Assembly: GCA_034666665.1 (NCBI GenBank)
Contig: JAXDLK010000005.1
Location: 1-59,036, forward strand
From: Candidatus Binatota bacterium
Lineage (GTDB): Bacteria; Desulfobacterota; Binatia; JACPRU01
Direction: 5' to 3'
DNA: 59,036 nucleotides
Part shown: piece by piece, positions 52,357 through 59,036 of the stretch
How the letters are laid out: the number at the start of each line of letters is the position of its first letter
Numbering within the stretch: position 1 is the first letter of the stretch
Program-made: the position numbers and the translations under genes
Notes under the pieces: model-generated
Seen by the model: the letters and a program-made list of their open reading frames with translations, nothing else
Told to the model about the DNA's origin: nothing
The model's database searches: none

Positions 52357-53466
52357 TCAGCCATTGGTCTTCCATTCCCAAGTCTTGCCCATGTCACCGC
52401 TGGTCAACACCAGACCGTGTCCGCCGACCGCGACCCCGACACCGCTCGGATCGAAAGCCACTGCGGAAATCCAGGTGAACACGCCTGGAGGCAGCTCCGC
52501 CGCCTTCCAGCCGCTCTCGGCATTGCCGCGCAGCACGATGCCGCTCGCACCGACGATCAGCGCGTCCCCATCGGCGAGATACTTGATGTCGTAGAGCGGC
52601 TCGAGAACGGGCGACTTGAAGAAGTTCCAAGTCTGGCCGCCGTCCTGGGTGGTGATGATCATGCCGTAGGTGCCGACCGCCACCCCGTTCTGCCGGTCGC
52701 GCATGCGCAGGCAGAGGATCGTCGGCAGCGACATGATGTCGCGGTACATGCTGGTGAGGAGCGACTGGTGCTGGGCTCCCCACGTCGCGCCGCCGTCCTC
52801 GGTGAAGCGGATCTGGCCGAACTCGCCGCCGACCCATCCGGTCTTCTCGTCCAAGAAGTCGACCGAGTAGAAGATCGGGTCGCTGATCGCCAGCGACATG
52901 TCCTCGCGGACGCCGATCTGCGACATCGGGATCTTCTCGGACTTCCACGTCTGTCCGCCGTCGCCGGTCGAGATCACCGTCGAAACGTCGCCGACGGCCC
53001 AGCCCTTCTGATCGGTCGGGAAGTCCACGTCGAAGAGAGACGCCTCCGTGCCGCTCTCCTCCTTCGCCCACGACTGCCCGCCGTCCTCGGTCTTGAAGAC
53101 GTTGCCGACGTGGCCCACGCCCCATCCCTTGCCTCCGTCGACGAAGCTCATCCGCGTGAGGCTCACCTTCGTCGCCGGGTTCAGCTTCCGGAACGTGCCG
53201 CCCGCGTCGTCCGTGCGCCAGAGCTTGCTCTGATAGCCGAGCAGCAAGAAGCTCTTGTTGCCGAGCGGCTTGACGTCGAAGAACTTGTCCGTGATCGCGA
53301 ACATCGGCGGCGGTGGCAGGACCTTCTCCTCCTGCCGGCACGCAGTCACCGCGAGCGGCAGCACCAGCGAGGCGAACAACCAAGCGATCGCGCCTCGTCG
53401 ATTCCGAGAAACACTCACTGCACCATGCGGCGCCATCGGGAGCCGCCGGCCGCTACTCGTTTCCAT
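52357..53466 (-). CDS. Ycf48-like / BNR-repeat beta-propeller lipoprotein (copy 2)
   Basis: AGGAGGA lies 9 nt before ATG 53466. The lipobox is LPLAVTAC. BNR motifs seen: TDDAGGTF, EDGGQSW, GDGGQTW, EDGGATW, QDGGQTW and GDMGKTW. Confidence 0.85.
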   Translation of the reverse strand: METSSGRRLPMAPHGAVSVSRNRRGAIAWLFASLVLPLAVTACRQEEKVLPPPPMFAITDKFFDVKPLGNKSFLLLGYQSKLWRTDDAGGTFRKLNPATKVSLTRMSFVDGGKGWGVGHVGNVFKTEDGGQSWAKEESGTEASLFDVDFPTDQKGWAVGDVSTVISTGDGGQTWKSEKIPMSQIGVREDMSLAISDPIFYSVDFLDEKTGWVGGEFGQIRFTEDGGATWGAQHQSLLTSMYRDIMSLPTILCLRMRDRQNGVAVGTYGMIITTQDGGQTWNFFKSPVLEPLYDIKYLADGDALIVGASGIVLRGNAESGWKAAELPPGVFTWISAVAFDPSGVGVAVGGHGLVLTSGDMGKTWEWKTNG

Positions 53467-53781
53467 TATCCGAGATCCTCCTGTGCGTTGGATCGATCCG
53501 GCCGGAGCGATCGTGGGATCGCGCAGCCTCGCCGCACCGAGCCTGTCCACTCGAGCCTTCCGCCCCCATCGAAGCCTGGCTTACCTACAATGCTTTCGGC
53601 GTGCCCGCCAGCCCTGAAACGACGCGGCGTTCCGCGTTTCCCTTCCGTGGATCGATGCTCCGGAAAATACCCCGACCCTCGCTCCACCCCAGCGGAAGTG
53701 CGAAGGAATCGACAGGTAGCTTCAGGCGCGGCACCCGGTCAAGAGCCGATCCGCTCGACCTCGTCGGGCAGCGGCGATCGG

Positions 53782-54189
53782 TTACGCGTCGAGCAGGTCC
53801 TGGCGGCCGGCGCGTTCGAGCAACTCGCGGTACCGCGGGAACACCTGGCGGGCGACCGGCACCAGCTTGATGATCTTGGCGATCGGCCCTTTCGCGCGGA
53901 TCTCCCCCTTGAGAAGCGCGAGGGCGATGTCGACCTTGCCGAGCCAGAAGCGATGACCGACATCGCCCGTGGTGGTCATCTCCACCGTCGGCTTCGCTCC
54001 GTCGTCGCCACGGGTCACCGTGCCGTTCACCATGTCGATCACGAGCGCCGCAGGCGGGTCCGTGAACTTGAGCTTGAGGACGACGCCCGAGTCCGCGAAC
54101 CGCTTCCGCACCTCGGCGTCGGCGAACGCCTCCTCGAAGATGGCGCCCATGTACCGGTAGAGCTCGTCCGCGTCGGCAAATGCTGTCAT
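53782..54189 (-). CDS. SCP2 sterol/lipid-carrier domain protein
   Basis: The 135-aa product reads VVLKLKFTDPPAALVIDMVNGTV...GDVGHRFWLGKVDIALALLKGEIRAKGPIAKIIKL, a typical SCP2 fold signature. Confidence 0.8.
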   Translation of the reverse strand: MTAFADADELYRYMGAIFEEAFADAEVRKRFADSGVVLKLKFTDPPAALVIDMVNGTVTRGDDGAKPTVEMTTTGDVGHRFWLGKVDIALALLKGEIRAKGPIAKIIKLVPVARQVFPRYRELLERAGRQDLLDA

Positions 54190-54210
54190 GCGTTCCCCGC
54201 GTCACCGCCG

Positions 54211-54891
54211 TTACAGCGACGACTCCTTGGAGGGCTGCGCCGCCGGCGCCACCCAGTCGATCAGCTTCTGCCTGAGAGCGATCGTCACCGCGTGGGCGCG
54301 GTTCTGCGCGCCGATCTTCGCATAGATGTTTCGCAGGTGCGCCTTGACCGTCACCTCCGTGATGCCGAGACGTTCCGCGATCTCCTTGTTCGCCGCGCCC
54401 GCGGCGATCAGCTCGAGGATCTCGATCTCGCGGTCCGAGAGCGGATGCTTCTGGGTTTCGAGCCGTGCGTCCTCGGCGAGCTTTCGCAAGACCGGCAGGG
54501 TGACGGCAGTCATCAGATACCCTTGCCCGGCGCTCACCGTACGCACCGCGCGAACGACTTCCTCTCCGGGGGCTTCCTTCAGCAGGTAGCCGAGCGCCCC
54601 GGCGGCGATCGCCTCGTTCACGTAGGCGGGGCTGTCGAACATCGTCAGCACCAGCACCTTGACCGAGGGCATCTCCGAGTGGACCCTGCGGATCGTGGCG
54701 AGCGCGCCTCCGCCCGGCATGCCGAGGTCGAAGATCGCGACGTCCGGCTTCAGCTGCCGCACCGCCTTCAACGCGTCGGCGGCATTGCCGGCCACTCCCA
54801 TCACCTGGATGTCGCGCTCCCGCTCGAGGAGCAGGCGCACCCCGTCGCGGAATACCTGATGGTCGTCAGCGTGAAAAACTCGAATGGGCAT
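54211..54891 (-). CDS. NarL/FixJ (LuxR-type HTH) response regulator
   Basis: The REC domain reads ADDHQVFRDG..DVAIFDLGMPGG. The LuxR HTH reads LSDREIEILELIAAGAANKEIAERLGITEVTVKAHLRNIYAKIG. ATG 54891 is preferred over the TTG at 54897. Confidence 0.9.
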   Translation of the reverse strand: MPIRVFHADDHQVFRDGVRLLLERERDIQVMGVAGNAADALKAVRQLKPDVAIFDLGMPGGGALATIRRVHSEMPSVKVLVLTMFDSPAYVNEAIAAGALGYLLKEAPGEEVVRAVRTVSAGQGYLMTAVTLPVLRKLAEDARLETQKHPLSDREIEILELIAAGAANKEIAERLGITEVTVKAHLRNIYAKIGAQNRAHAVTIALRQKLIDWVAPAAQPSKESSL

Positions 54892-56203
54892 TTCCAAGTC
54901 CTAGCTGTGGGGGGTCGGGGACCCAGGCGGAGACCCGTGTCCCGCGGACGACCGCGGCACCGATCCAAAGTCGCCCGCCGAGCGCCTCGACCCGTTCGCG
55001 CATCGTGCGCAGGCCGAGACCGGGAGCGCGCGTCGCGACGCCCCTGCCGTCATCCTCGATCGTGAGCTGCCATCCGCCGTCGCTGCGAGCGAAGCGGACC
55101 GCCGTCGCGCGGGCGCCCGCGTGCCGGCGGACGTTGGTGAGCGCCTCCTGGGCGACTCGGTAGAAGGCGAGCGCGCTTTCCGGCTCCGGACGCGAGTCCG
55201 CGTCGATCTCGAGCGTGAAGCGGATCGAGCTGAGCGCTCGCTCGCGGGTCAGCAGATCGCGTAGCGCCTCGGCGATGCCGAGGTCGTCGAGTAGCTGCGG
55301 CCGCAGGTCCGCGAGGAACGTGCGTAGATCCTTGACGGTGGCCTCCGTGGTGCCGATCAGCCGGTCCACCTCGACGGCGGCGGCCGCGTCTCGAGGGTGG
55401 ACGACCTCGCGCAGACGACGGAGACCGTGGAGCAAGGTGAAGAGGGCGCCCCCGCCGCGATCGTGAAGGTCGCCGGCGATTCGCCGCCGCTCCTCTTCCG
55501 CCGATCGCAGGAGACGGTGGAGGAGGCTTCGCTGGGCCGCATGGCCGGCGAGCACCTCCGCGAGGCGCGCCCGTGCTTCCTCGACGAGCGGGGTCACGAA
55601 CGCGACGGCGAGAAACACGTAGCTCATCTTGGCGACGAGAAGCCCGGGGCGGAACCGGTGCTCGGTGGCGGCGAGGATCGCGAGCTCGGCGGCGTACACG
55701 CCGACGATCCCGAGCGCCGTGCGGAGCGGCAGTCGCATGCAGACGCTCACCATCGCCAGGCACATGAACGTGGTGAGGATGCTGTCGAGTGCTCCGCTGC
55801 AGTAGCTCATGCCCGCGAGATAGAGGCTGTCGACGAGCGCGGTTCCGTAGCTCAAGTGGGGCCGTTGACTGCCGCGGGACAGCGAGAAGGCGACGGCGAA
55901 GTTGTAGGCCACCGCCGTGGCCATCAGAGCGAAGAACGGCCCCCAAGCGACGGGCGCCGGCGCCAGCCATGCGAGCACCGGGATCGCGGCCAGCGACAGC
56001 CATCGGAGGCGGACCGCCAGCCCCTCCGCGGCGAAACGGAAACGGACCTCCGCGTCCGCGACCGTGTCGTCGCCGACGGACGCGGACGGCGACCCGAGCT
56101 GCGCGGGCGGAACCGAAGCGGCCGGTGGAGCGAAGTCGTCCGGCGGGGCCGGCTGCAGGGCTTCCGCTGCGCTACTTCGGCGACCAGAAAGCGGTATGGC
56201 CAT
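54866..56203 (-). CDS. Membrane-embedded sensor histidine kinase, HisKA_3 type (DesK/LiaS-like architecture)
   Basis: It has about 5-6 TM helices and no sizeable periplasmic domain. The H-box is RRRIAGDLHDRGGGAL. The HATPase region reads EALTNVRRHA...EDDGRG. The start is uncertain because the ORF overlaps the upstream gene by 32 nt. Confidence 0.85.
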   Translation of the reverse strand: MAIPLSGRRSSAAEALQPAPPDDFAPPAASVPPAQLGSPSASVGDDTVADAEVRFRFAAEGLAVRLRWLSLAAIPVLAWLAPAPVAWGPFFALMATAVAYNFAVAFSLSRGSQRPHLSYGTALVDSLYLAGMSYCSGALDSILTTFMCLAMVSVCMRLPLRTALGIVGVYAAELAILAATEHRFRPGLLVAKMSYVFLAVAFVTPLVEEARARLAEVLAGHAAQRSLLHRLLRSAEEERRRIAGDLHDRGGGALFTLLHGLRRLREVVHPRDAAAAVEVDRLIGTTEATVKDLRTFLADLRPQLLDDLGIAEALRDLLTRERALSSIRFTLEIDADSRPEPESALAFYRVAQEALTNVRRHAGARATAVRFARSDGGWQLTIEDDGRGVATRAPGLGLRTMRERVEALGGRLWIGAAVVRGTRVSAWVPDPPQLGLGNAHSSFSR

Positions 56204-57458
56204 TCCCGATCTGCCGCGGTGCGGCCTTCCCGTCGGCTGACATCACGTAGACGCGCGGGGAAGTCCAGGGCTCCCCCTGCTGGTAGTCGGCCTCGGCGAT
56301 CCCGGAGAAGACGAAGGCGCGGCCGTCCGGCGACCAAACGCGATGCGAGAGCGCGTACTGGTCGAAGTACTGGAAGACCATCGTCAGCGGACGGGACGGG
56401 AAGAAGCGCCCGAGGTCACGTGACTTCCGGGTCGCGACGTCCACGACCGCCCAGACCCAGTCACCCTTCTCGATATCGCGCTTCGCGTAGAGGATCCGGT
56501 CGCCCTTCGGCGACCAGAAGAACGCCGCGATCGCTCCACCGGTGGCGAGGCTCGACGACTTGCCGGAACGAGCGTCGACCAGCCGGATCTCCTTGTACAG
56601 GGGCTCTTGTTCCGAGGTCGTGGCGAGCGCCAGCACCGGGCTGGTCGGCGACCAAACGAAGGCGACGCGCTGGGAGATGTCGGAAACGGAGTGAGGCTTT
56701 CCGCCTTCCGGATTCGCCACCACCAGCTGGGCTTGCGCCTTGTCCGTGACCCTGCCGTACGCCATCCAATCCCCGTCCGCGGACCAAGACGGCGGGCCGA
56801 ACGTCGCGGGCGTGAGCGAGATCACCTCGCGCTTGCCGCTCGACAGCAAGAGCAGCTTCACCGAATGACCCGCCGGGGAGTCGGGATCGTTGCCGACGTG
56901 AAGCAGCAGCGAGGTCGCGTCCTTCTTCCAGTCGAAGAAGAACGGTACCCCGTCGGCGATGCTCTTCGGCTTCTCTCCCGTGGGCGAGGGCCACAGGGAG
57001 AGGGAGAACCCGCTCGGGTTCTGCAGCAGCAGCGCCAAACGAGTCCCGTCCGGAGACCAGTACGCGTAGATCGGGCGGAGCTTCGGGCTCGAATAGACGT
57101 CCAGGATCCGGCTGCTCGCCGCATCGAAGACGTAGAGGCCGTCGATCAGCTGCTCGCCCTCCTGGCTGACGCGGAAGACCATCACTCGTTTGCCGTCGGG
57201 CGACCATGCCGGCCAGGTGTAGAAGTCGTCTCCCTGGTCGCCTTGAGTGGGCGAGAAGGAAATCGCATGCACCGGGCCGCCCTTGGTGAGCTTCCGCGGA
57301 TCGGTACCGTCGGGGTGGACGACCCAGAGCTCGCCTTCGAGGTCGACGTAGGCGATGAGGCCGGGTGCGCCGGCATCCTCTCCGGCAACGGCGAGGGACA
57401 GGCACACGGCGACCGCGACGAGCGCGGCTGCGGCAGCGAGCCGCCGGGGGAAGGTCAA
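56172..57458 (-). CDS. TolB-like PD40/WD40 beta-propeller protein, secreted
   Basis: Recurring WSPDG/WSADG/WSPKG blades are present. The TTG start at 57458 follows AAGAGGGTGAA and gives LTFPRRLAAAAALVAVAVCLSLAVA, a signal peptide. The upstream part of the 608-aa track ORF is Arg-rich shadow. Confidence 0.75.
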   Translation of the reverse strand: MTFPRRLAAAAALVAVAVCLSLAVAGEDAGAPGLIAYVDLEGELWVVHPDGTDPRKLTKGGPVHAISFSPTQGDQGDDFYTWPAWSPDGKRVMVFRVSQEGEQLIDGLYVFDAASSRILDVYSSPKLRPIYAYWSPDGTRLALLLQNPSGFSLSLWPSPTGEKPKSIADGVPFFFDWKKDATSLLLHVGNDPDSPAGHSVKLLLLSSGKREVISLTPATFGPPSWSADGDWMAYGRVTDKAQAQLVVANPEGGKPHSVSDISQRVAFVWSPTSPVLALATTSEQEPLYKEIRLVDARSGKSSSLATGGAIAAFFWSPKGDRILYAKRDIEKGDWVWAVVDVATRKSRDLGRFFPSRPLTMVFQYFDQYALSHRVWSPDGRAFVFSGIAEADYQQGEPWTSPRVYVMSADGKAAPRQIGNGHTAFWSPK

Positions 57459-57488
57459 TCGTTCACCCTCTTTTCCTTTTCGCGTAAA

Positions 57489-57504
57489 AGCCCGCGACTT
57501 GCCA
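57489..57504 (-). promoter_or_regulatory. Candidate sigma-54 -24/-12 element upstream of the TolB-like gene
   Basis: The minus strand reads TGGCAAGtcgcGGGCT. The GG-N10-GC spacing is correct, but the -12 flank is GGGC instead of TTGC. It lies about 30 nt upstream of the TTG start. Confidence 0.3.
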
Positions 57505-57554
57505 GTGCTCGTTCGCTCTCGATAAGGAGATCCGGAAGAGCGACGTTGCTGCAG

Positions 57555-58205
57555 ATGCGATTTACGGGGCGCGGCGCGCCGGCGGTTTTGTCGATCGCGC
57601 TTTTCGTGGCGCCTGCCGCGGCGTCCGAGCGTTCGTACTCGATGGACGCGTTCGCACGCGACGTGAGCGCGGCGGTTCATGCCGGAGGAGGGGAGGGCCG
57701 AACGCTCGAGCGGGTGGCGGCGGCGGTCACGCACTTCCTTCGCGACGGAGCTCTCGACGATCGCTACCAGCAGCCGCATCCCGGCCTCGAGGTGACGACC
57801 TATCTCGCCCGCCTCGCTCCGGATGCGTCGTTCTCGATCGCCGTTCTGGTTCTGCGTCCGGGAGCGAGGACTCCCGTGCACGACCATCACACCTGGACGG
57901 TATGGGGCACGCTCCGCGGACACGAGCACGAGGTCAGGTACACGCGCTCGACGGTGAAAGACGGGGAGTTCCCGGCGCTGCAGGTCGTTGCCGAGCACAC
58001 GCTCCCGGAAGACGGAGTGTCCGTGATCCCGTCACCGCCGGGCGACGTCCACCGCGTCGAGAACGTGGGCACGATCCCGTCCGTGTCCATTCACGTGCAC
58101 GGCGCCGACATCAGCACGCAAACCCGTTCCCGCTACGATCTCGAGCGGCATGCGGTGATTCCGTTCGTGCAGAGCTACGAGAGACCAGATTCGGAGGCAC
58201 GATGA
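57555..58205 (+). CDS. Cupin, cysteine-dioxygenase-type-I-like (3-His metal site)
   Basis: Motifs seen: RTPVHDHHTW and PPGDVHRVENVG, within a double-stranded beta-helix. The start is uncertain. ATG 57555 would add a signal-peptide-like MRFTGRGAPAVLSIALFVAPAAA. ATG 57642 would give a cytoplasmic form. Confidence 0.7.
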   Translation: MRFTGRGAPAVLSIALFVAPAAASERSYSMDAFARDVSAAVHAGGGEGRTLERVAAAVTHFLRDGALDDRYQQPHPGLEVTTYLARLAPDASFSIAVLVLRPGARTPVHDHHTWTVWGTLRGHEHEVRYTRSTVKDGEFPALQVVAEHTLPEDGVSVIPSPPGDVHRVENVGTIPSVSIHVHGADISTQTRSRYDLERHAVIPFVQSYERPDSEAR

Positions 58206-58639
58206 GGGTTCGACTGGGAATGCTGGCTTGTGCCGCGCTCTTCGCCGCGCGTGCGGTCGCCGGAGAGGCTGGGCCGGTGACGCTTGCGCATCAGGAGGGG
58301 AGCTGGGAGATGGCCTACGGCGACGTCTATTACCGCGTCGTCGGCAAGGTCGAGAACCGCTCCAAGAAACCGGTGAAGGCCGTGAAGCTCAAGCTCGAGC
58401 TTCTCGACGCCGGTGGGAAGCCGGTCGTCGAGCGAGTCGGCTACAACCAGAAGGCGGAGGTGCTCGGCGGCGTCGACGGTTACGACACCGGGGGCAGCGA
58501 CGAGCAGAAGCTGGCCAAGGTGGAGCCGATCCCGCCGGGTGGGGATGACCTCTTCCGCCTCGGCGTCGGCAAGAACGAGATCCCGAAGAAGCCGAAGTTC
58601 AAGTCGTTCCGAGTCTCCATCGTCGAGGTGAAGCAATGA
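58202..58639 (+). CDS. Secreted hypothetical Ig-like/FxLYD-like protein (145 aa)
   Basis: An ATGA overlap joins it to the cupin stop. The signal peptide is MRVRLGMLACAALFAARAVA. The beta-sandwich-like core reads YYRVVGKVENRSKKPVKAVKLKLELLDAGGKPV. Confidence 0.6.
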   Translation: MRVRLGMLACAALFAARAVAGEAGPVTLAHQEGSWEMAYGDVYYRVVGKVENRSKKPVKAVKLKLELLDAGGKPVVERVGYNQKAEVLGGVDGYDTGGSDEQKLAKVEPIPPGGDDLFRLGVGKNEIPKKPKFKSFRVSIVEVKQ

Positions 58640-58911
58640 AGCGCCGCATGGCCGGCTGTCTATCGGTCGCAGTCTTCGTCGCCGCAGCGTTCCTGGCGCC
58701 GCCGCTCCGCGCCGCGGACGCGAAGATCGACGTGAACTCCGCGACCGAGGAGGAGCTCAAGAAGCTCCCCGGAATGAACGAGGCGCGGGCGAAGGCGATC
58801 GTCAATTACCGCAAGAACACCGGCGAGCTCATCCAGCTCGAGGAGCTCAAGCTGATCCCGCAGGTGAAGCCGATCTACGACCAGATCGCCGGCCGCTTGA
58901 CGGTCGAGTGA
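58636..58911 (+). CDS. comEA: ComEA-family helix-hairpin-helix protein, secreted
   Basis: An ATGA overlap joins it to the upstream gene. A signal peptide is followed by IDVNSATEEELKKLPGMNEARAKAIVNYRKNTG. Confidence 0.8.
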   Translation: MKRRMAGCLSVAVFVAAAFLAPPLRAADAKIDVNSATEEELKKLPGMNEARAKAIVNYRKNTGELIQLEELKLIPQVKPIYDQIAGRLTVE

Positions 58912-59036
58912 CGGCAGCCGAAAGATAGCCGGCCGTACGGCGATTGGAGGATTGGCCTGCGGTCGTCGAATCGCCAGATGGATCGCGGCCGTCGCGCGTC
59001 GCGGCTCCGGCAGCGGCGGAAATGTCCACGGCAAAG

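Noticed and set aside
1-59036. Search for tRNA/rRNA genes, CRISPR arrays, IS elements, integrases, phage genes and toxin-antitoxin or known defence modules.
   Set aside because: I found no T-loop or anticodon-arm-like structures, spaced repeat arrays, transposase or integrase motifs, or terminal inverted repeats. The MORN protein is YwqK-like only at the repeat level and has no toxin partner. The MotA/ExbB protein is of ordinary ExbB size, not ZorA-like.

Overview
GC-rich chromosomal segment (about two-thirds G+C by eye, not computed) from a diderm bacterium. The diderm call rests on lipoboxes, outer-membrane barrel families, ExbBD and sigma-54 elements. The lineage cannot be named from the sequence alone. 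I support about 50 protein genes. I found no rRNA, tRNA, CRISPR array, transposase or integrase. Most long ORFs in the track are off-frame or antisense shadows typical of high-GC DNA.

The left third (1-19.5 kb) is housekeeping and peripheral metabolism:
- a TetR regulator (edge-truncated, found by manual translation)
- a MoxR-VWA pair, an O-methyltransferase, FdhD and a crotonase
- two tandem haloalkane-dehalogenase-family hydrolases and a Zn-ADH
- a PEBP protein and type IIA topoisomerase subunits A and B
- a tandem pair of IDH3-like dehydrogenase subunits, an ABC1 kinase and a MORN lipoprotein

The remaining 40 kb is dominated by envelope systems of unknown function:
- (i) Two paralogous modules of a Ycf48/BNR lipoprotein plus a DUF1302 barrel. 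One has DUF1329 behind a near-consensus sigma-54 promoter next to an NtrC-type two-component system. The other has SCP2, a DesK-like/LuxR two-component system and a TolB-like propeller.
- (ii) An ~11 kb minus-strand operon with four consecutive 4-nt start/stop overlaps. It joins a membrane-fused spermidine-synthase-like/TPR protein, a COG1033-type RND transporter, DUF35, a thiolase, a P450 and a strongly divergent two-subunit B12 acyl-CoA mutase.
- (iii) A TonB-less ExbB-ExbD cluster. Its likely transducer is a VWA protein with a TonB-like SxxxH anchor. A 4 x 20-bp tandem repeat builds a chain of overlapping 7-codon mini-ORFs between the VWA and TPR genes.
- (iv) An RnfD/NqrB-like membrane domain fused to Cys-rich Sel1 repeats.

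All family calls come from by-eye motif recognition and need HMM or structure confirmation.
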